From Alphaproteobacteria bacterium (GTDB lineage Bacteria > Pseudomonadota > Alphaproteobacteria > UBA6615): a stretch of DNA of 64,000 nucleotides. Below the pieces are notes generated by a model, which was given only the letters and a program-made list of their open reading frames with translations, was not told the DNA's origin and ran no database searches. Positions within the stretch are counted from its first letter, which is position 1. Each line of letters begins with the position of its first letter. The stretch is from assembly GCA_039980135.1 (NCBI GenBank), contig JBDXCV010000003.1, positions 1,027,458-1,091,457 on the forward strand. The letters are read 5' to 3'. This document shows positions 53,443 to 63,082 of this stretch, piece after piece. The translations under genes and the position numbers were made by a program.

Positions 53443-54315
53443 CTACCGCGTCGGGACCGGCTCGTCGCCCGAATAGTCGTAGAAGCCTCGGCCTGTCTTG
53501 CGGCCCAGCCAGCCGGCCTCGACATATTTCACCAGCAGCGGGCAGGGGCGGTACTTCGAATCCGCCAGCCCTTCATACAGCACCTGCATGACCGCCAGGC
53601 AGGTGTCGAGGCCGATGAAGTCGGCGAGTTCGAACGGGCCCATCGGGTGGTTCGCGCCGAGCTTCATGGACTTGTCGATCGAGTCCACATTCCCGACACC
53701 CTCATACAGGGTGTAGACCGCCTCGTTGATCATCGGCAGCAGGATGCGGTTGACGATGAAGGCCGGGAAATCTTCCGAAATGGTGCCGGTCTTGCCGAGC
53801 TTCTTCGTCAGTTCCTGAACTTCCGTGAAGGTATGGTCGTCCGTCGCCAGCCCGCGGATCAGCTCGACCAGCTTCATCATCGGCACCGGGTTCATAAAAT
53901 GCATGCCCATGAACTTCTCCGGCCGGTCGGTGGCCGTCGCCAGGCGGGTGATCGAGATCGACGAGGTGTTCGATGCGATCAGTGCGCTGTCTTTCAGATG
54001 CGGACAGAGGCTTTCGAAGATCTTGACCTTCGTGTCCTCGTCTTCCGTCGCGGCCTCGATCACGAGGTCGCAGTCCGAAAAGGCATCGAGCCCGGTGCTG
54101 GTCGCGATGCGGGCCAGCGCAGCCGCCTTGTCTTCTTCCGCGATCAACGTCCGCTTGACCTGACGATCCATGTTGCCGTCGATCCGGCTGAGTGATTTTT
54201 CGAGCGCGTCTGCGTCGATATCAACGATGACCACGTCATGTTCCGCGAGCGCGCAGACATGGGCGATGCCGCTGCCCATTTGGCCGGCGCCGATGACGCC
54301 TATCTTGTTCAGCAT
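53443..54315 (-). CDS. hbd: 3-hydroxybutyryl-CoA dehydrogenase
   Basis: 290 aa. IGVIGAGQMGSGIA Rossmann. 3HCDH N- and C-terminal domains. Confidence 0.9.
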   Translation of the reverse strand: MLNKIGVIGAGQMGSGIAHVCALAEHDVVIVDIDADALEKSLSRIDGNMDRQVKRTLIAEEDKAAALARIATSTGLDAFSDCDLVIEAATEDEDTKVKIFESLCPHLKDSALIASNTSSISITRLATATDRPEKFMGMHFMNPVPMMKLVELIRGLATDDHTFTEVQELTKKLGKTGTISEDFPAFIVNRILLPMINEAVYTLYEGVGNVDSIDKSMKLGANHPMGPFELADFIGLDTCLAVMQVLYEGLADSKYRPCPLLVKYVEAGWLGRKTGRGFYDYSGDEPVPTR

Positions 54316-54356
54316 TTTGATGTGTCCTGGGTGGTTCGTGTTGCCGGTCGTTCGTG

Positions 54357-55310
54357 TCAGCCCTGCTTCTCAAGCTCGGCGTCGAGCTCGGGCAGTGCCT
54401 TGAACAGGTCGGCGACCAGACCGTAGTCGGCGACCTGGAAGATCGGCGCTTCCTCGTCCTTGTTGATCGCAACGATCACTTTTGAATCCTTCATCCCCGC
54501 GAGATGCTGGATCGCGCCGGAAATTCCGACCGCGATATACAGTTCCGGCGCCACGACCTTGCCGGTCTGCCCGACCTGCCAGTCATTCGGCACGAAGCCC
54601 GCATCGACGGCGGCCCGCGAGGCGCCCATGGCGGCCCCGAGCCTGTCGGCGATGGGCTCGATCAGGGCGTAGTTTTCGCCCGACGCCATGCCACGCCCGC
54701 CGGAGATGACAACCCGCGCGGCGGTCAGTTCAGGCCGGTCGCCACCCGATTCCTCACGGCTGACGAAACGTGACAGTCCCGAATCCGCGGCGCCTGTAAC
54801 GGCCTCGACGGCGGCATTGCCGGCTGTCGCGGTCGCGGCATCGAAGGTGGTGGTGCGCACGGTGATGATCTTGGTTGCGTCGGATGATTTGACGGTGGCC
54901 AGCGCGTTGCCGGCATAGATCGGCCGCACGAACGTGTCGGCATCGACCACGGCGCTGATTTCAGAGATCTGCTGCAGATCAAGCGTGGCCGCGACCCGGG
55001 GCATGAAGTTCTTGCCCGACGTGGAGGCCGGTGCCAGCAAGTGGGAATAGTCTCCGGCCAGACCGGTCACCAGCGCGGCGAGATTCTCCGCGAGCCCGTG
55101 TTCATACCCGGCATCGTCGGCGACCAGTACTTTTGCGACGCCGTCGATGGCGGCGGCGGCTTCACCGACCGCGGCACATCCCGACCCGGCGACCAGCACG
55201 GTGATATCGCCGGCGCCGGCATCGGACAGCTGGCGCGCCGCCATGACCGTGTTCAGAGTCGAAGGTTTGAGAGCCGAATTGTCATGTTCGGCAATGACGA
55301 GAATGGCCAT
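54357..55310 (-). CDS. etfA: Electron transfer flavoprotein alpha subunit
   Basis: 317 aa. FAD-binding C-terminal domain ([15 protein letters not shown]). Confidence 0.9.
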   Translation of the reverse strand: MAILVIAEHDNSALKPSTLNTVMAARQLSDAGAGDITVLVAGSGCAAVGEAAAAIDGVAKVLVADDAGYEHGLAENLAALVTGLAGDYSHLLAPASTSGKNFMPRVAATLDLQQISEISAVVDADTFVRPIYAGNALATVKSSDATKIITVRTTTFDAATATAGNAAVEAVTGAADSGLSRFVSREESGGDRPELTAARVVISGGRGMASGENYALIEPIADRLGAAMGASRAAVDAGFVPNDWQVGQTGKVVAPELYIAVGISGAIQHLAGMKDSKVIVAINKDEEAPIFQVADYGLVADLFKALPELDAELEKQG

Positions 55311-56059
55311 CAGATGACCCTCGCTTCGTTCTTGAGCTTGTCGACGAGTTCGGCGACGGTCTCGACCATCACGCCGGCCTCGCGTTTGGCCGGTTCCTCG
55401 ACCTTGAGCGTGGTCAGGCGGGGCGCGATATCGACGCCGAGTTCTTCGGGGGTCAGCGCGTCGATCGGCTTCTTCTTCGCCTTCATGATGTTCGGCAGCG
55501 AGGCGTAGCGCGGCTCGTTGAGGCGCAGATCCGTGGTCACGATCGCCGGCAGGTTGATGTCGATGTTCTCCAGCCCGCCGTCGATCTCGCGGGTCACCTT
55601 GGCGGTACCGTCGCCGAGCTCGATCTCCGAGGCGAAGGTCGCCTGGGGCCAGCCCAGCAGCGCGGCGAGCATCTGGCCGGTCTGGTTGGAATCGTCGTCG
55701 ATCGCCTGCTTGCCGAGGATCACCAGCTCGGGAGATTCCCGCTCGACCAGCGCCATGAGAAGCTTGGCCACGGCCAGCGGTTCCAGTTCGTCATCGCTCG
55801 CCACATGGATGCCGCGGTCGGCGCCCATCGCCAGTGCGGTCCGGATCGTCTCCTGGCACTGGGCCACGCCCAGCGACACCGCGATGACCTCTTCGGCCTT
55901 GCCGGCTTCCTTCAGGCGCACGGCCTCTTCCACCGCGATTTCATCGAAAGGGTTCATCGACATCTTGACGTTGGATGTCTCGACGCCGGTGCCGTCGGAT
56001 TTGACCCGCACCTTGACGTTGTAGTCGATAACCCGCTTGACGGGGATCAGCAGTTTCAT
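55310..56059 (-). CDS. etfB: Electron transfer flavoprotein beta subunit
   Basis: 249 aa. [20 protein letters not shown]-terminus. Overlaps etfA by 1 nt. Confidence 0.9.
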   Translation of the reverse strand: MKLLIPVKRVIDYNVKVRVKSDGTGVETSNVKMSMNPFDEIAVEEAVRLKEAGKAEEVIAVSLGVAQCQETIRTALAMGADRGIHVASDDELEPLAVAKLLMALVERESPELVILGKQAIDDDSNQTGQMLAALLGWPQATFASEIELGDGTAKVTREIDGGLENIDINLPAIVTTDLRLNEPRYASLPNIMKAKKKPIDALTPEELGVDIAPRLTTLKVEEPAKREAGVMVETVAELVDKLKNEARVI

Positions 56060-56085
56060 GGGTGTATCCGCTTGTTATATGGCCC

Positions 56086-56125
56086 GTGACATTGCGGGGA
56101 TGACGGTGAAAGCCCCGTCTGTCAT
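56086..56125. repeat. Degenerate copy 3 of the ATGACGGTGAAAG repeat family
   Basis: GTGACA ttg CGGGG ATGACGGTGAAAG CCCCG tc TGTCAT. The invariant 13-mer sits here in a hairpin loop. Between etfB and the ADH gene. Confidence 0.55.
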
Positions 56126-56211
56126 GGCGTTTCCTCTTTTTTCGCACTGCAACATGCCGAACCGCCGAGAGCGAGTCAATTCATCTGCGGGGCGTTCTCA
56201 CACGGTGAGCG

Positions 56212-57249
56212 CTAGCCGATGAGAAGTGCGGCCCGGCCCGTGACTTCCCCACCTTCGACCCGCGCGTGAAGCGCCTCGGCCTCGGTCCAGGGTCGGATGT
56301 CCGTCACCAGCGGCCAGACCTCGCCGCGGGCGACGATGTCGAGCGTTTCCTTGAGGTCGCGGCGCGAGGCGTAGCGGCTGCCGAGGATGACTTTCTCCTT
56401 GTACAGCATGTCGGATGCCGACAGCTGGAAGGTTTTTGCCCCGCCACCCAGGATCACCAGCCGTCCCCGCCGGCCGAGTGCCGCCGCCGCCGTTTCAAGC
56501 GTTGTGTCGCTCGAAACATAGTCGATGGCGACATCGACGCCGCGGCCGTCCGTCATATCCAGCAGCGCCTCGGCGACATTGCCGTCCGCCGCGTCGACCA
56601 CGGCGTCGGCGCTGGCCTTGCGGCAGGCGTCGAGCTTCTCGGTGCCGAGATCGACAGCGATGACCCGGGTCTGCGCTCTTTTTGCCATCATGACCTGATG
56701 AATACCGACGCCGCCGCCCGCCCCGAAGACGGCGACGGTCTCACCGGCCTTGACACCCGCCCTGCCCAGTACCTTGTAGGGGGTCGTGAGCGCGTCGGTG
56801 ATCACGCCGATTTCGGCCGGATGGGCCCGGTGGTTCAGGCCTTCGGGAAGTTTCACGAAGATATGTGCAGGCAGCTTGATGTATTCGGCATAGCCCCCGT
56901 CGCAGGTCATGCCGATGATCCCGACATCGGCGCTGCTCTCGCACAGGGGTTCGAGATCGTTCCGGCACCAGTTGCAGGTGCCGCAGACCAGCATGCCGTA
57001 GACGGTGACGGCATCTCCAACGGCAACATCGGTGACACCGGTACCCACCTCCACGATTTCCGCGGTGATCTCGTGGCCGATGATGCGGGGAAATTCGACC
57101 GGTATGCGCCCGGCCTTGACGTGCTGGATGGTCAGACCGGAGCCGCATGCCAGGACCCGGGCCACGGCTTCGCCCGGTCCGGCGACCGGGTCGGGGACAT
57201 CACGCATCTCGAACGGCGCATTCGGTTGATCGAGTATCAGGGCTTTCAT
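56212..57249 (-). CDS. Zinc-dependent alcohol dehydrogenase family (MDR) oxidoreductase
   Basis: 345 aa. Catalytic Zn ligands (CGSG...H...E). Structural Zn Cys cluster CGTCNWC. GAGGGVG NAD motif. Confidence 0.85.
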   Translation of the reverse strand: MKALILDQPNAPFEMRDVPDPVAGPGEAVARVLACGSGLTIQHVKAGRIPVEFPRIIGHEITAEIVEVGTGVTDVAVGDAVTVYGMLVCGTCNWCRNDLEPLCESSADVGIIGMTCDGGYAEYIKLPAHIFVKLPEGLNHRAHPAEIGVITDALTTPYKVLGRAGVKAGETVAVFGAGGGVGIHQVMMAKRAQTRVIAVDLGTEKLDACRKASADAVVDAADGNVAEALLDMTDGRGVDVAIDYVSSDTTLETAAAALGRRGRLVILGGGAKTFQLSASDMLYKEKVILGSRYASRRDLKETLDIVARGEVWPLVTDIRPWTEAEALHARVEGGEVTGRAALLIG

Positions 57250-57272
57250 GCCGCGTTCCCCCGCGTCGTTTG

Positions 57273-57857
57273 TCAGCCTCGGGTCTGGCCGGGCTCCCAG
57301 AGAATGTCGGCCTTGCCGCCGTCATTCAGTTGGCGCGCGAGGACAAACAGGTGGTCCGACAGGCGATTGGCATATTTGAGCGCGTGGGCGTTGACGGCCT
57401 CGCGGGACGCGAGTTCCGTCAACAGCCGTTCGGCCCGGCGCACGATGGTGCGCGCCACATGCAGATGCGCCGCGGCGGGGCTGCCGCCGGGCAGGATGAA
57501 CGAAGTCAGCGGCGCCAGATGCGCGTTGATGGCGTCGATCTCCTGCTCCAGCCGCGTCACCTGTTCAGCGACAATGCGCAGCGCGCCCTCTGATTTGCCG
57601 GCCGCGCGGGCGTCACTCTCCGGCGTGCACAGGTCGGCGCCGAGATCGAACAGGTCGTTCTGAATGCGCGCGAGCATGGCGTCGGTTTGCGGGTCGCCGC
57701 CGGTGTGCAGCCGGGCCAGCCCGATCACCGCATTGGCCTCGTCCACCGTGCCATAGGCCGCCACCCGCAGGTCATGCTTGGCCACGCGGTCGCCCGAGCC
57801 GAGCGAGGTATCGCCGCTGTCGCCGCCGCGGGTATAGATCTTCGTGAGCTGGACCAT
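57273..57857 (-). CDS. ATP:cob(I)alamin adenosyltransferase, PduO/MMAB type
   Basis: 194 aa. MVQLTKIYTRGGDSGDTSL N-terminus and helical bundle typical of the PduO-type ATR. Confidence 0.8.
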   Translation of the reverse strand: MVQLTKIYTRGGDSGDTSLGSGDRVAKHDLRVAAYGTVDEANAVIGLARLHTGGDPQTDAMLARIQNDLFDLGADLCTPESDARAAGKSEGALRIVAEQVTRLEQEIDAINAHLAPLTSFILPGGSPAAAHLHVARTIVRRAERLLTELASREAVNAHALKYANRLSDHLFVLARQLNDGGKADILWEPGQTRG

Positions 57858-57882
57858 GTCCGTGCCGCCTGTTCTCGATGGA

Positions 57883-58095
57883 CTAGTCGCCGGTGCTCGC
57901 CGCCAGCACGAAGAGCAGGAACAGCACGATCGCCAGCCCCTGCATCGCCACGCGCGCGCGCATCAGCTTGTTGCCGTATTTGCGGTTGAACTCGCCGCCG
58001 CGCGCCATGGCGACCAGGCCGACAATCAGGACCAGAACAACGCCGGCCAGTGCGATGGCGAGAAGAATGGCGAGGGTTTTCATGGCGTCGATCAT
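57883..58095 (-). CDS. Twin transmembrane helix small protein (~70 aa)
   Basis: Internal start MIDAMKTLAILLAIALAGVVLVLIVGL...RARVAMQGLAIVLFLLFVLAA. Two TM helices. The upstream ORF extension is junk. Confidence 0.5.
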   Translation of the reverse strand: MIDAMKTLAILLAIALAGVVLVLIVGLVAMARGGEFNRKYGNKLMRARVAMQGLAIVLFLLFVLAASTGD

Positions 58096-58258
58096 ATCGA
58101 CCCCGCCTGCCGAAGACGAGGGGGCGTGACGGGTGATTCGACGTAATTGTTGACGGTGGAAGCGCGGATTTGTAGGTTCCGCGCCATGAACGGAATGCGG
58201 ACCATTCTTATTGACGGCCCGGCGTACGCCCGACTTACGGGGCGGCGGCCGGGAGCGC

Positions 58259-58606
58259 ATGTCTACGCCACGTCAATTCAAATGGAGTCCGTTCACGATG
58301 TCCTTACACAATCACTCGCATACTCAATCTGAACAACAATCCCGTGCGGTTCACTGTTTCTCGGTCCGGGCTGTCGCCGATCCGGGTATGATGCCGCGCT
58401 TGATGGAACTTTGGGCGAAGCGTGGCCTGGTGCCCGATCGGTGGCATGGTGCGCGCGACGCGACGAGTGGGACCCATGTCGACATCGATATCGAATCCGG
58501 CGAGATCGATCAGATGCTCGCCACGCAGATGGCCGCGGCGATGCGGGCGATGTTCGGCGTCTCTCAGGTTCTGGTCTCCGAAAAACGCCGCGCGGCCTGT
58601 GCCTGA
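58259..58606 (+). CDS. Hypothetical small protein (~115 aa), unannotated-looking ORF in a 535-nt gap
   Basis: ORF track 58211-58606. ATG at 58259 after GGGAG. Protein-like composition (…MPRLMELWAKRGLVPDRWHGARDATSGTHVDIDIESGEIDQMLATQMAAAMRAMFGVSQVLVSEK). GC3 ~75%. No family recognised. Confidence 0.35.
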   Translation: MSTPRQFKWSPFTMSLHNHSHTQSEQQSRAVHCFSVRAVADPGMMPRLMELWAKRGLVPDRWHGARDATSGTHVDIDIESGEIDQMLATQMAAAMRAMFGVSQVLVSEKRRAACA

Positions 58607-58630
58607 TTCCGGGCCGCAGGGCTGACCCTG

Positions 58631-59482
58631 ATGGGCTTCTACGACCATATCGAGGCGTGCAACGCCCACAGCTTCGACGACAAGGTACCGTTCAATGTGG
58701 GCGGCGTGCAGGTCGGCTGGGCGCGCCGTGACCTTGCCGGTCTGATGACCCGCTGGAATCACTATTTCAAGATCACCGATACCGAGATTTCCATCCTCGA
58801 AAGCCTGAAGGATGTAGAGGAGCGTTCGAAGGCGCTGGCGGAGGCCGGCGCGGCGCTGGTCGTCAAGCAGGCGTTGCCGCGCAACCGCAAGGAGCTCTGC
58901 CCGGTGATGGAGCATTTCGGCGGCGACGTGAAGATACGCATCGATCGCGCCTGGCTCGAATCATACGGGGTCGTTTCCTACGGGGTTCACGTCAACGGTT
59001 ATGTGGACACCCCGGACGGCCCCGAATTGTGGGTCGGGGTCCGTTCCAGGAGTTGCGAGGTCGCGCCGGGCAAGCTCGACAACATGGTTGCGGGCGGCCT
59101 GCCGGTTAATCTGAGCCTGGCCGAGAATGTCATCAAGGAAGCGGCCGAGGAGGCCGCCGTGCCGGAAGATCTGGCGCAGACGGCCCGGCCCGCCGGTGTG
59201 GTTACCTACATGCTCGATACCAGGAACGGCATGCGGCGCGACATGCTGTTCGTCTATGACCTCAAGCTGCCGGCGGACTTCGAGCCCGTGAACACGGATG
59301 GCGAGGTCAGCGGTTTCGTCAAATGGCCAGCCCAGCAGGTTTTGCGGGTGGTCGATGAGACCGACGAGTTCAAGTTCAACGTCAATCTGGTGATCATCGA
59401 TTTCGCGATCCGGCATGGCCTCATCGCGCCCGAGCATCCCGACTATGCGCGGCTGGTGCAGGGATTGCGCGCCTGGGCCTAG
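58631..59482 (+). CDS. NUDIX-family hydrolase-like protein with N-terminal DUF4743-like region
   Basis: 283 aa. Degenerate Nudix box around GGLPVNLSLAENVIKEAAEEAAV. Assignment tentative. Confidence 0.5.
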   Translation: MGFYDHIEACNAHSFDDKVPFNVGGVQVGWARRDLAGLMTRWNHYFKITDTEISILESLKDVEERSKALAEAGAALVVKQALPRNRKELCPVMEHFGGDVKIRIDRAWLESYGVVSYGVHVNGYVDTPDGPELWVGVRSRSCEVAPGKLDNMVAGGLPVNLSLAENVIKEAAEEAAVPEDLAQTARPAGVVTYMLDTRNGMRRDMLFVYDLKLPADFEPVNTDGEVSGFVKWPAQQVLRVVDETDEFKFNVNLVIIDFAIRHGLIAPEHPDYARLVQGLRAWA

Positions 59483-59494
59483 AAAGGCGTCGGC

Positions 59495-60400
59495 TCAGAA
59501 CTCGTTGGCGCTCGCGGCACCGCGGGCGATTTGCCGAATGGCCATCGCCCAGATTTCGTCCGGGTCCGTGCCCGCCTCACGCATCGCGCGCAGCGTGAAG
59601 GCCTTGTCCCGCTTGGCGAGCCGTTCGCCGTCGCTGTTCGCCAGCAGCGGGGTGTGGTGCCATTCGGGCACAGCGAGACCGAGCAGCGCCTGGAGCAGCC
59701 GATGGATATGTGTCGCGGCAAAGAGGTCCGTGCCGCGGGTGACGAGGCTGACATCCTGGGCCGCGTCGTCGACGGTCACCGCCAGGTGATAGCTGGTCGC
59801 CACGTCCTTGCGGGCGAGCACGACGTCGCCGAAGATTTCCGGCTCGGCGCTTTGTTCGCCGCGTGAGCGATCGTGCCAGGTGAGCGCCCCGGCCCGGGCG
59901 ATGGCGGCGTCCATGTCGAGGCGCAGGGCGTGGGGTTCACCGTCGTTGATTCTTGCCGCGCGGGTTGCCGCGTCGAGCGATTTGCAGATGCCGGGATAAA
60001 TCGGCCCATCCGGGCCGTCATGGGCATGGTGCGGCGCCGCGCCGGATTGGGCGATCTCGGCGGCGATGTCCTTGCGGGTGCAGAAACACGGATAGAGCAG
60101 GTCCATTTCGGCCAGCTTCGCGAGCGCGGCGGCATATTCATCCATGCGTTCCGACTGGCGCCAAACCGGCTGGACCCATTCCAGACCCAGCCAGGCCAGG
60201 TCCTCGATGATCGCGTCCTCGAACTCCGGGCGGCAGCGGCCCGGATCGATGTCCTCGATGCGGAGGATGAACCGGCCCCCGGCGGCACGGGCCAGCCGCC
60301 CCGCGAACAATGCGGAATAGGCATGGCCCAGATGCAGGAGGCCGGTCGGCGAGGGGGCGAACCGGGTGACGAGTTTCTCGGCGGGCGTTGGGTCACTCAT
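59495..60400 (-). CDS. gluQ: Glutamyl-Q tRNA(Asp) synthetase
   Basis: Start at the internal MSDPTPAEKLVTRFAPSPTGLLHLGHAYSA (HIGH motif). ~300 aa truncated GluRS catalytic domain. KMSKS-like LAKRD. The track ORF over-extends by 96 codons. Confidence 0.85.
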   Translation of the reverse strand: MSDPTPAEKLVTRFAPSPTGLLHLGHAYSALFAGRLARAAGGRFILRIEDIDPGRCRPEFEDAIIEDLAWLGLEWVQPVWRQSERMDEYAAALAKLAEMDLLYPCFCTRKDIAAEIAQSGAAPHHAHDGPDGPIYPGICKSLDAATRAARINDGEPHALRLDMDAAIARAGALTWHDRSRGEQSAEPEIFGDVVLARKDVATSYHLAVTVDDAAQDVSLVTRGTDLFAATHIHRLLQALLGLAVPEWHHTPLLANSDGERLAKRDKAFTLRAMREAGTDPDEIWAMAIRQIARGAASANEF

Positions 60401-60479
60401 CTGACGGGATTCATCCGGGGTCCGGGTTGATCTTGGCCGTGCAATCGGGGTCAATGCGCGGTGGCTGAAGGATGATGCG

Positions 60480-61097
60480 ATGAAAACACGCAAACGGCTA
60501 GAGGCGGGGCTCGAAGAACTGGCCGCGCTCGACCCGCGCATGGGTGCGCTGTGGGCACACACGGGCACCCCCGGCCCGCGCGCGCGCCCACCCGGTTTCA
60601 CCACCCTGTTGCGGGTGATCGTCGGCCAGCAGCTTTCGACCCACGCCGCCGCCGCCATCTGGAAGCGGATGGAGACGGCGGGCATCACGAAGGACCCGGC
60701 CGCCTTTGTCGTCCAGCAAGACGACGACCTCCGCGCCTACGGGCTCAGCCGGCAGAAGATCGTCTACGCGCGGGGCCTCGCGGAGGCGATCCTGTCCGGG
60801 GGGCTCGATCTCAACGGACTTCGAAAACAGGATGACGACACGGCGATCGACGCGCTGGTCGCGCTCAAGGGTATCGGTCGTTGGAGCGCCGAGGTCTATC
60901 TGCTGTTCGCGCTCGGTCGGCCCGATATCATGCCGGCGGACGATCTGGCGCTGGTCGCCTCGGCGGGCAAGCATCTGGGGGACGGCACGCGCTGGACGCC
61001 CGGGCAGCTGCGCAAGGAGGCGGCACAGCATTGGCGGCCCTGGCGCAGTGCCGCCGCACGGCTCCTCTGGCACGCCTACCGCATCGAGGCGATATGA
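60480..61097 (+). CDS. DNA-3-methyladenine glycosylase II family (HhH-GPD, AlkA-like)
   Basis: 205 aa. HhH-GPD motif LVALKGIGRWSAEVYLLFALGRPD. Catalytic Asp (PADDLAL). Confidence 0.8.
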   Translation: MKTRKRLEAGLEELAALDPRMGALWAHTGTPGPRARPPGFTTLLRVIVGQQLSTHAAAAIWKRMETAGITKDPAAFVVQQDDDLRAYGLSRQKIVYARGLAEAILSGGLDLNGLRKQDDDTAIDALVALKGIGRWSAEVYLLFALGRPDIMPADDLALVASAGKHLGDGTRWTPGQLRKEAAQHWRPWRSAAARLLWHAYRIEAI

Positions 61098-61140
61098 CGG
61101 GCGATAGGATGCGCCGGTCCCTGCAGGAAAGAGAGAGAAC

Positions 61141-61803
61141 ATGACCGCACCGCAACTGATCGGACCGAGCTACGGCCCCGCATCGGGCAACCCGCCCAAA
61201 CAGCTCGTCGTGCTGCTGCACGGGCGCGGCGCGGACGGAAACGACCTGATCGGCCTGGCGCCGATGCTCGCCGGGGAACTGCCCGACGCCTTGTTTCTCG
61301 CCCCCGACGCGCCGAACCCGTGCGAGGGCGCGCCGTTCGGGCTGCAATGGTTCAGCCTGACGGATCGCTCACCGGAGAATATCGCGGCGGGTGTGCGCGC
61401 CGTGGCCCCGATGATTGACGCATTTCTGGATTATCATCTGGCGCGGCACGGTCTGACCGACGCGGATCTGGCCCTGTTCGGGTTCAGCCAGGGCTCGATG
61501 ATGGCCTTGCATGTGGGCCTGCGGCGGTCGGCGGCACCCGCCGCCGTGCTCGGCTATTCGGGCCTGCTCGCGGCGGCCGACAGCCTCGCCGATGAGATCA
61601 CCGTACGACCGCCCGTCCTGCTGGTGCATGGCGAGGCCGACGAGGTCGTTCCCCACGCCGCGCTGGCGATGGCCGAGACGGCGCTGCGTGATGCGGGGGT
61701 GTCCGTCGAGGCCGTCTCGCGTCCCGGCCTGGGGCACGGCATCGACGATGACGGGGTGGCGCGCGCCATCGCGGCATTGTCCGCCGCATTCGGTGATGGG
61801 TGA
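61141..61803 (+). CDS. Alpha/beta hydrolase, phospholipase/carboxylesterase family
   Basis: 220 aa. VVLLHGRGADG. Nucleophile elbow GFSQGSM. Catalytic D...H (LLVHGEADEVVP...GHGI). Confidence 0.8.
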   Translation: MTAPQLIGPSYGPASGNPPKQLVVLLHGRGADGNDLIGLAPMLAGELPDALFLAPDAPNPCEGAPFGLQWFSLTDRSPENIAAGVRAVAPMIDAFLDYHLARHGLTDADLALFGFSQGSMMALHVGLRRSAAPAAVLGYSGLLAAADSLADEITVRPPVLLVHGEADEVVPHAALAMAETALRDAGVSVEAVSRPGLGHGIDDDGVARAIAALSAAFGDG

Positions 61804-61940
61804 ACTGGACATGCGCCGACAGAGGTGTGACAGTATCGTTACAAGCTATTGGGATTACTGAATAAAATTTTGAACTGAATCGAAAAACTCGGTTACATTT
61901 TATCTGCGGTTAGTGACGATTTAGCCCGGGGAGGGGATGG

Positions 61941-62501
61941 ATGGACGTCGCGCTGGAAAACTGTCCGGCCCTCGTACTCAACGCGGATTTCCGCCCGCTG
62001 AGCTATTTCCCGTTGTCGGTCTGGCCCTGGCAGGACGCCGTGAAGGCCACCCTGATGGGCCGGGTCAACACGGTCGCCGAATACGACCGGGTGGTCCGTT
62101 CGCCCAATCTCGAAATGCCCCTGCCCAGCGTCGTCTCCCTGAAGGAGTATATCCGCCCGGCCGAGCGCCCGGCCTTCACCCGTTTCAACGTTTTTCTGCG
62201 TGACCGGTTCACCTGCCAGTATTCCGGCCAGCGCCTGCCCGCCCACGAACTGACCTTCGACCATGTGATCCCGCGCTCGCGCGGCGGGCGCACATCATGG
62301 GAGAACGTTGTGACCGCGTCGGGTGCGTATAATCTGGCGAAGGCGAACCGCACCCCGGAAGAGGCGGGGATGCACCTGCTGAGCAAGCCGCGCCAGCCCG
62401 ACACCTGGGAATTGATCGAGAACGGCCGCGCCTTCCCGCCGAACTTCCTGCACGAAAGCTGGGGCGACTATCTCTACTGGGACAGCGAGCTGGACGAGTA
62501 G
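61941..62501 (+). CDS. HNH endonuclease family protein (conserved alphaproteobacterial type)
   Basis: 186 aa. CQYSGQRL...FDHVIPRSRGGRTSWENVVTAS HNH motif. Preceded by an unusually AT-rich 137-bp leader/promoter region. Confidence 0.75.
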   Translation: MDVALENCPALVLNADFRPLSYFPLSVWPWQDAVKATLMGRVNTVAEYDRVVRSPNLEMPLPSVVSLKEYIRPAERPAFTRFNVFLRDRFTCQYSGQRLPAHELTFDHVIPRSRGGRTSWENVVTASGAYNLAKANRTPEEAGMHLLSKPRQPDTWELIENGRAFPPNFLHESWGDYLYWDSELDE

Positions 62502-62506
62502 GCGTT

Positions 62507-63082
62507 CTAGATCCGCGTCGACAGCCAGATGGCCGCGCGTGTGCCGGTCTTGATGAACTCCGACATCACCCGATAGCCCGGCGTCGCTTCCGCGTTGTGG
62601 GCGAGCCCGGTTTCCTTGTGCTCGATTTCCTCGGCGCGGAATTCGTCGATCAGGTCGCGCAGCTCGGCCTCGTCCTCGCCGAGCCTTTCGGACTGGTCGG
62701 CATAATGCTCCTGGATGACATCCTCGACCGCGACGGTACAGGCCATGGCGGCCTTTTCGCCCATGGCCGCCGTGGCGGCACCCAACGCAAAGCCGGCCGC
62801 GTGCCAGACCGGCGATAGCAGGGTAGGGCGCACGCGTCGCGCGACGATCAGTTCGTCGAAGGCCTCCAGATGTTTCTTTTCCTGCTCGGCCATGTGGCGG
62901 ATCGTGTCGCCGACCGGGTGTTTGCCCAGCACCGCGAGCTGGCCGGCATAGATACGCGCCGCGCCATACTCACCGGCATGATCGACCCGGATCATCCGCT
63001 CGATCAGGGTCTCGCGATCCGGGTCGCCGGGCAGGCGATCGTCGCCTGTCTTCCTGGGATGCTTTCTCTCGGTTTCGCTCAT
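62507..63082 (-). CDS. coq7: Demethoxyubiquinone hydroxylase Coq7 family (di-iron)
   Basis: Start at the internal MSETERKH (ATG 63080-63082). Ferritin-like di-iron motifs EQEKKHLEAFDEL and EEIEHKETG. Confidence 0.8.
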   Translation of the reverse strand: MSETERKHPRKTGDDRLPGDPDRETLIERMIRVDHAGEYGAARIYAGQLAVLGKHPVGDTIRHMAEQEKKHLEAFDELIVARRVRPTLLSPVWHAAGFALGAATAAMGEKAAMACTVAVEDVIQEHYADQSERLGEDEAELRDLIDEFRAEEIEHKETGLAHNAEATPGYRVMSEFIKTGTRAAIWLSTRI

